Origin: a virus
Taxonomy: Duplodnaviria > Caudoviricetes
IMG/VR virus record: IMGVR_UViG_3300020576_003089
Span: 11,233-75,232 of that record
Length of the DNA stretch: 64,000 nucleotides
Reading direction: 5' to 3' (one strand)
Shown here: piece after piece, positions 57,952 to 64,000 of the stretch
How positions within the stretch are numbered: position 1 is the first letter of the stretch
Layout of the letters: every line of letters begins with the position of its first letter
Made by a program: the position numbers and the translations under genes
The notes under the pieces: generated by a model
What the model saw: the letters and a program-made list of their open reading frames with translations, nothing else
Database searches by the model: none
Told to the model about the DNA's origin: nothing

Positions 57952-59768
57952 ATTGATGAACAACGTCCTTTAATATCATCATCCATATATTTAATTTCAA
58001 ATATGCTAGGATCTAATGATGGATAAACAATATTATTTCTAGTAGCTGCAACTATATCATAACCATATTGTGAATAAGTACCACCTTGTTTATTAATAAT
58101 TTTAATGTTTTGTACTGATTGTACTTCTCTTACTTTAAGTAATAGTGAATATATATCTGCTATTACTATAGGTTGACCAATACTCCATTTATCGATTGAA
58201 AAATATTCTTTTAACGCGTTTATACAACTGTTTATAGCTTGTCTATTAGATACTTGAGGAATTGAAATAATGTCAAATTCAACGCCTATATTAATTGTAA
58301 AAGCATTTTTAATATTAATTGCATCAGTAGCCATTCTATAATTATTAAGATATGTTACTAAATTTTGTTTTAATGTAGTAGAAGCTTGGGTTAAATTTTT
58401 ATTTGAATCATAGCCTAATATATATAAATCAATTGCATTATAATTTATACTATTATCAGATAATACTTGATTTGTATTTTCTAAATAACATTTAGAAATA
58501 ACTCCTAATTCACTAGGCATTGATAATGTTCTATTAATATAATCTTCTTTAGTAACAACTCTATTTTGAGATGAAAATGAGTTTAATGTATTTAATCTAA
58601 TTTCATTAACAGTGTCAGCACCTCGTCCTCCTGTTGAAGGTTCATTATTATTAAATATTAAATTAGTAAATAAATTTTGTTGTAAAGGGTCATTTATATC
58701 TTTAACTATATTATTAAATGATACATCTGAGTTACTTAATGTAAATGATTTTTGATTTATATTATTTGAAGCAATATTTGAAACTATTCCTCCTCCTACT
58801 AAATATGTTACTGTTAAAGTCATATTTGATGGAGCTACACCATATTCTTGAGCTATAAATGTATTTGCTTTATTATAATTATTAGTAGGATTAAAAATAT
58901 GAGGATTAATACCTAATTGAGCTGTATTTGGATTAGGTAATAATACTGAATCAGAAGATACTGAAGTGCCTGAACCAAATTGTAATTGTAAAGTTTCATT
59001 ATCAATAAATCTACTAACAAATCTACGAGGTGTATGTAAATAACTTAACACATATGGGGCTGAACCACTATCAGCACTATTGTTTAATGAGTTAATATTA
59101 ATAAAACTTTGAGCTAAATATGGAACTTCATACCAAGTATCATCATTACTATCTGTAACTTCTAATATTTGCAATATGTTAGAATCAGCTATATTAACAC
59201 TATCAAATTTTACTGGAGATGTAAATGTAAAAGTTGCTGTTTTTATTTCAGCTGAAATTGCTTTAACCTTAGTTTCTAATAAAAAATAATTTGCATCATA
59301 ATAACTAGAAGTTGTATTATAAATATTAGTAAAATCAATATTTTCAGTAGTAATAAAATTAATTCCATTAGTACTATTTATTGAAACATTTGGATTAATT
59401 TTAAAAGCATAATCATAATCTGGTAATAATGAACCAGAAACAGTCTTATTAGGTACTAATTGAAATACACTTAATTCAGTATTTGAGGCATAAGACATTT
59501 TAGGTCTATAACCTAATGTATATGCTATATTAACTATATTGTTTAATTCTTTAGTATAAGTTAGTTGATTTTCTTGTGTTTGTGTATCTAAATAAAACGA
59601 TAAATTATCACCAACATAAGATGCTAATTCTATAAACATCATTCCTATTGATGCTTCTGAATAATCATTGTATGATGCAGGAAAGTATGTTTTAGCATAA
59701 TCCTGCAATGAGCTACGAAAAGATTCGAAATTACGGTTAAGATATGTTATATTTCTAATATTATTCAT
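57948..59768 (-). CDS. Baseplate wedge protein (T4 gp6 / baseplate J-like)
   Basis: FESFRSSL...ELASYVGDNLSFYLD; TGGRGADTVNEIR; QNRVVTKEDY. Confidence 0.88.
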   Translation of the reverse strand: MNNIRNITYLNRNFESFRSSLQDYAKTYFPASYNDYSEASIGMMFIELASYVGDNLSFYLDTQTQENQLTYTKELNNIVNIAYTLGYRPKMSYASNTELSVFQLVPNKTVSGSLLPDYDYAFKINPNVSINSTNGINFITTENIDFTNIYNTTSSYYDANYFLLETKVKAISAEIKTATFTFTSPVKFDSVNIADSNILQILEVTDSNDDTWYEVPYLAQSFININSLNNSADSGSAPYVLSYLHTPRRFVSRFIDNETLQLQFGSGTSVSSDSVLLPNPNTAQLGINPHIFNPTNNYNKANTFIAQEYGVAPSNMTLTVTYLVGGGIVSNIASNNINQKSFTLSNSDVSFNNIVKDINDPLQQNLFTNLIFNNNEPSTGGRGADTVNEIRLNTLNSFSSQNRVVTKEDYINRTLSMPSELGVISKCYLENTNQVLSDNSINYNAIDLYILGYDSNKNLTQASTTLKQNLVTYLNNYRMATDAINIKNAFTINIGVEFDIISIPQVSNRQAINSCINALKEYFSIDKWSIGQPIVIADIYSLLLKVREVQSVQNIKIINKQGGTYSQYGYDIVAATRNNIVYPSLDPSIFEIKYMDDDIKGRCSSI

Positions 59769-59804
59769 TTATCCCTAATTCATTTAATATGTCTAATAAT
59801 TTTA

Positions 59805-60218
59805 TCATTGTTCAAAATTAATTGAAATATTATCATTTTCCTGTGTTAATTTAATACTATAATCAAGTAAAAACGTTAACATATTATTATCAGGGTTAGA
59901 TGATATTTCTATTTTATTAATAACTATATCAGGAAAATAAGCTTTAACTAAAAATTTAATATCCTCTACAGTTGTTTCATAATTATCATCAATTAATTGA
60001 TTAAATAATTGTTTTCTAAGGTCAGTTCCAAAATTTGGATTAAATAATCTTTCACCTTTATTAGTTAATAATAAATTAATTAAATTATATTTAATCTGTT
60101 CTTTATGACTATATGTAGTTCTGAACGCTGATGGAACACTAAAAGGAATAGCTATACCCACTCCAATATTTGGATTTAACACATTTGGATTAACTTGAAA
60201 TGTTTGTGTTATGGGCAT
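59805..60218 (-). CDS. Baseplate gp25-like sheath initiator
   Basis: QIKYNLINLLLTNKGERLFNPNFGTDL. Confidence 0.9.
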   Translation of the reverse strand: MPITQTFQVNPNVLNPNIGVGIAIPFSVPSAFRTTYSHKEQIKYNLINLLLTNKGERLFNPNFGTDLRKQLFNQLIDDNYETTVEDIKFLVKAYFPDIVINKIEISSNPDNNMLTFLLDYSIKLTQENDNISINFEQ

Positions 60219-61744
60219 TATTTTATTATTTTATATTTTAATAAAAAATTGATAGTTACATCTATACTACTACTATCCTTTAATAATTCTAATAATCTAT
60301 CTTCAATATATTTTTTATTAAATTTTTTATTTATAGGTAAATTTAATGTTTCAATAGCTGATATAAACATTTTAAACATTGATGGATTATCATTACTTTC
60401 TTTTTTTAATGCTTCTAAATCCCAATCTTCTTTTTTATTTCCAATATAAAAAGGTTTATTTACTCCTAATTCATTAATCAATTTAGTAATTTCATTATCA
60501 TTATCTATAGGTTCTATTTTTTTATTAGTTTGTTTTTTTAAATATGATTCTATATTCCATATTATACTACTATCTAATCTAGAACCTATTTTTAACTTTT
60601 CTTCTCCTTTTAAATTAAGTTCTTTTTTTCTAAAACTTACATTTATACCATTAATAGGTTGATCTAATGTTAATACACATTTATTAATATATGTATATAA
60701 TTTATCATTCCATGAATATTTTCTTTCTTCTGTATTATCATATTTAATATTACCTTTATTATATATTTTATTTTGATTTTTATCTATCATATCAAAATAT
60801 ACAACATTATTTCTTAAACCAGTTATTTTAAATTCAATTGATCCATATGAGGGTAATGAATCAGATACTTGTTTATTATTTACTCTTTTATCTTTTTGAT
60901 TATTTATATTTATATCTTTAAAATATATAATTTTTTGACTAGGTGTTAACACACACCAAGTTGTACCATTACTATAAAATATTAAATTATCAATTTTTAA
61001 ATAAATAAAATAACCTGTACTTAATATATAGCCACCTCCTCGATAAGATGAATATATGTTAGATTCTAAATTAGATTTAAAAAAAGCTCCTGATATTAAA
61101 CGCATATTTTTTAATTCTATTTTTAATGAATTACATATGAGTTTTATTTTATTATGAGCCATTCTTCCTATATAATAATCATCTGTATAATCATTTAATT
61201 CATCTGTGGTAATATCTTTAGTAATTATATATGATCTATTAGGTTTAATAAACTTATTTAATAAATTACCGTATCTACCTTTATTAAATTTTATTATTCT
61301 TTCTAAATTTGAAATAAAAGTAGATCTATCTATATCATCAGGTAAGGTCCAAGATCCTATATTTCTTTTATGAGCAATTTGATCTAAGGATGTTATTGAA
61401 GGATTATTAATTCCTAATTCGTTTATTATAGGACGACTTTTAGTAAAACCATCAAAATTAACATATTTTCCATCAAATTTAACTTCTTTATCTTCTACTT
61501 TAAAGGGTATATTATGTCTTTTTAAATATTCTATAGCTGCTCTAGCTTCTATACTATCTGTTCCTTCTGGGTATCTTGTATAAAATTTATCATTGGGTGC
61601 ATACCAATAACCACCATAATGAAAATTATGGTAATCTTTTTCATCATCTTTAAAATAAAACCATGACTCATTTTGTTTATAAGGTTTTATTTTATTAGGA
61701 TTATTGATTTCCAATTCTGATATGAGAGACATTAATTTAACCAT
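60218..61744 (-). CDS. Three-module LNE-linked polyprotein
   Basis: MVKLMSLISELEINNP; IINELGINNP; LINELGVNKP. Confidence 0.78.
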   Translation of the reverse strand: MVKLMSLISELEINNPNKIKPYKQNESWFYFKDDEKDYHNFHYGGYWYAPNDKFYTRYPEGTDSIEARAAIEYLKRHNIPFKVEDKEVKFDGKYVNFDGFTKSRPIINELGINNPSITSLDQIAHKRNIGSWTLPDDIDRSTFISNLERIIKFNKGRYGNLLNKFIKPNRSYIITKDITTDELNDYTDDYYIGRMAHNKIKLICNSLKIELKNMRLISGAFFKSNLESNIYSSYRGGGYILSTGYFIYLKIDNLIFYSNGTTWCVLTPSQKIIYFKDININNQKDKRVNNKQVSDSLPSYGSIEFKITGLRNNVVYFDMIDKNQNKIYNKGNIKYDNTEERKYSWNDKLYTYINKCVLTLDQPINGINVSFRKKELNLKGEEKLKIGSRLDSSIIWNIESYLKKQTNKKIEPIDNDNEITKLINELGVNKPFYIGNKKEDWDLEALKKESNDNPSMFKMFISAIETLNLPINKKFNKKYIEDRLLELLKDSSSIDVTINFLLKYKIIK

Positions 61745-62072
61745 AGTTCTTGAGACCTGCTAATTCTTGTGGTGTTAAACTTTTAGCTGAATCTGCTATA
61801 AATGATAAATATGGATTTTCATTTTCAACTGGTAATTCAACTGAAGATTGTTGTTCTGGTAAACCAAATAATTCAGACATTTTATTTTTCATATTATTAC
61901 GAACTTCTCTAATTTCTTCAGGTGCTGCCTGATTTCGAAATAAAGGTTTCATATCTTCAGTTATAACAGGTGTAGAACGTTGTTGATATTCCATCAATAC
62001 TAATGGTAATTCTTCACGCATCGCTTCTTTAACACATTGTTTTATTAATTTTTTGAATATTTCTGATTTCAT
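61737..62072 (-). CDS. Hypothetical protein with amphipathic VKE leader
   Basis: MKSEIFKKLIKQCVKEAMREE. Confidence 0.6.
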   Translation of the reverse strand: MKSEIFKKLIKQCVKEAMREELPLVLMEYQQRSTPVITEDMKPLFRNQAAPEEIREVRNNMKNKMSELFGLPEQQSSVELPVENENPYLSFIADSAKSLTPQELAGLKNYG

Positions 62073-62084
62073 TATATATAAATA

Positions 62085-62987
62085 TTAAGGTTTTAAATTA
62101 TTTTGTTCAATTTGAAAAATAAGTTGATCAATTAACACTTGAGTATCTAATGTAAAAGATACATCGGTTTTAAGTACTTCAACATTATTGGTATCTATAG
62201 CTACAGCATAGTGACGTTTAAATCCGCTAACTATTGGTGATCCAGGTGTTGTTTCCTCTTTAATAGCAAATTTAAATCCATTATATGTTACCGGAGATAA
62301 TCCAATTTGAACTTGTTGTTTTAAAATATCTTCAAATTCTGGTAATGTTTGTGTTTGATTACTTTGTTGAATTATTTTATTTTCAATTTTATTTTCAATC
62401 AATTTAATTTGAGATTTTAGTTCTACCAAATCTACTTTAATTTGATTTAATTCAGCTTCTATTAAATTAATTGTAGATTTAAATGCTGTAATAGTTTTGT
62501 TAGCTTTTTCTAATAAACTACTAAGAGTATTAATCAACCCAGCAGTAACACCAGGTGTTAATGTGGGTAATGGAAGAGCTTTTAATGTTATTGTTATAGT
62601 TTGAAAAATAGTTACAACTGTTTTTAATTGATTTAAAATTTTATTAATAGAATCTATTTTCTTTTCAACTGAATTTATTTGATTTAATAAAGCATTTTTA
62701 CGATTAATTAAACTTTGTTTATCCCCAATTTGAGTATTATTAAAATTATCTATATCATCATTTAATTGTTCAATATCATTGTCTAAATTAGAAAATATAT
62801 TTCCTATATCAACTATTTTTTGAAGCATCAATTCAGATGCCATAGGTAAAAATAACAAAGCTGGATCCTTACCTAAACTTTTTAATCGTTTGGTTTTAGC
62901 TTTTTGTTTATCTTTATTAATTTTTTTAATAAAGTTTTTATTTTTTAAAGTCTGTTTTGCTAGTGCTATATCTTGTAGTTTAGTCAT
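62085..62987 (-). CDS. Coiled-coil hypothetical, probably virion-associated
   Basis: 300 aa with long heptad stretches. Confidence 0.6.
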   Translation of the reverse strand: MTKLQDIALAKQTLKNKNFIKKINKDKQKAKTKRLKSLGKDPALLFLPMASELMLQKIVDIGNIFSNLDNDIEQLNDDIDNFNNTQIGDKQSLINRKNALLNQINSVEKKIDSINKILNQLKTVVTIFQTITITLKALPLPTLTPGVTAGLINTLSSLLEKANKTITAFKSTINLIEAELNQIKVDLVELKSQIKLIENKIENKIIQQSNQTQTLPEFEDILKQQVQIGLSPVTYNGFKFAIKEETTPGSPIVSGFKRHYAVAIDTNNVEVLKTDVSFTLDTQVLIDQLIFQIEQNNLKP

Positions 62988-63994
62988 TATACATCATAAG
63001 TTATGTAATAAAATTTTAAACCCTTTATATTAAATTCTTTAATATCTATTATTTCATCATCATTAATATTAAAATATTTCTCATCAATTGAAGCTTCCCA
63101 ACCTATCTCAAATTCAGAAAAATTTAAATATACTACATTTGCTTCTTTTTCCCCACTCCAATCACCTAATTCAAATTTTATATCTGTTTCAGGATTAAAA
63201 TTATCATAATATGATAAGACTAAGTCTCCATATCGTTTTTTTAATAATGTATTCCAAACTTCTGTTTTATTTTTATTTAATTTGTAAAACAAATTAGAAT
63301 TAGGTTCAGGTTTATTTATTTCTAATTCATTTATACGATCACCATGATCATAATTAGATATAACTTCTTCTAAAACTTCTTCTATAAAGGGTTCTACAAT
63401 AATTGGAGCATACATATCATCAAAATTATTATCCCATCTAAAAAATGATTTAATTCCTTCATCTATATCATAAATTGGCCAATTATATTTTTTAATATAT
63501 TGATATATATCCTTTTTTATTTTACTTATATTTACATTTTCAAAATATTTTTTCCATAATTTATTTTTAACATCTTTTAACATGTTCAAATTAAAATATT
63601 CTTCAGCCATATCATCATCAAATTGATCATGATCAAATTGATCATCATTATACATTATATTTTTAATATTATCATAATATTCAGGTAAATATTGCCATAT
63701 ATCTTCATCAATATTAGTAACATGTTTTTCTAACCATTGAATAAAATATTCATTAAAATACATATTAATTTCTTTCATAATGTTAGAATCAAATTGGAAA
63801 TGTTTATTTATTTCTAATTCATTTAAACTAACAAAATTTTTAAAGTCATCTAATAAGTGATGGTAAGTTAAATATTCATAGTTTTCAGGTTCTATTTCTA
63901 TTGTTTTAATATATTCTTGAATTTTATTTTGATGTTGTGGAAATTTATCTAATAATATTTGTCCTATTTCATTCATTTCAACAAATCTATTCAT
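62987..63994 (-). CDS. LNE-linked multi-module protein, possibly 5'-truncated by the window
   Basis: SLNELEINK and RINELEINKP; frame stays open to base 64000. Confidence 0.7.
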   Translation of the reverse strand: MNRFVEMNEIGQILLDKFPQHQNKIQEYIKTIEIEPENYEYLTYHHLLDDFKNFVSLNELEINKHFQFDSNIMKEINMYFNEYFIQWLEKHVTNIDEDIWQYLPEYYDNIKNIMYNDDQFDHDQFDDDMAEEYFNLNMLKDVKNKLWKKYFENVNISKIKKDIYQYIKKYNWPIYDIDEGIKSFFRWDNNFDDMYAPIIVEPFIEEVLEEVISNYDHGDRINELEINKPEPNSNLFYKLNKNKTEVWNTLLKKRYGDLVLSYYDNFNPETDIKFELGDWSGEKEANVVYLNFSEFEIGWEASIDEKYFNINDDEIIDIKEFNIKGLKFYYITYDV

Positions 63995-64000
63995 TGATTC

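Noticed and set aside
8063-61932. The short plus-strand ORFs in the track (for example 12069, 12509, 14164, 18739, 20361, 30739, 41733, 43538, 46354, 60195)
   Set aside because: All overlap longer minus-strand genes, have low-complexity antisense composition and show no recognisable motifs
7171-63994. Dispersed leader repeats as a CRISPR array or a diversity-generating retroelement
   Set aside because: The repeats are in-frame protein motifs with synonymous variation and irregular spacing. Differences between the closest paralogs include C/T changes rather than adenine-only changes. No reverse transcriptase or cas gene is in the window.
1-64000. Alternative genetic code (TAG or TGA read-through), as in some large phages
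   Set aside because: Core genes translate full-length in the standard code, and TGA and TAG serve as real stops (for example at 40781, 49901 and 38325)
1-64000. tRNA, rRNA or other structured ncRNA genes
   Set aside because: Intergenic gaps are short and AT-rich, and no cloverleaf or T-loop motifs were seen by eye

Overview
This 64-kb, very AT-rich window comes from a large T4-like (myovirus-type) phage, and essentially every real gene is on the minus strand. It holds most of the virion module: tail sheath (partial, not in the ORF track), SASYA-repeat fibre-like proteins, gp13/gp14/gp15-like neck and tail completion proteins, major capsid protein, scaffold, prohead protease, portal, large terminase, baseplate proteins and a lysozyme. 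PhoH and short islands of non-structural genes (primase, exonucleases, DenV, an AAA kinase, GIY-YIG endonucleases) are interspersed. The main unexplained feature is a dispersed set of about 24 ORFs with variable payloads that carry a leader or linker M-I-K-L-x-x-[IL]-[IL]-N-E|L-[EG]-[IV]-N-[NK]-P. Its first 10 residues end in [IL]-x-E, like the T4 capsid-targeting sequence cut by gp21. A second motif, RMQQLAGI, copies the scaffold C-terminus. Some ORFs are polyproteins of modules joined by the first motif, and payloads include ADP-ribosyltransferase-like, zincin and ParB-like domains. I infer a large, shuffled repertoire of capsid-packaged, protease-processed proteins. Other observations are an FAD oxidoreductase gene split by a 2.4-kb insert with a homing endonuclease, two candidate promoter classes, decayed endonuclease remnants and a TM+PAS holin-like protein. 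A Bacteroidota host is inferred but not shown. All family assignments are by eye; no searches were run.
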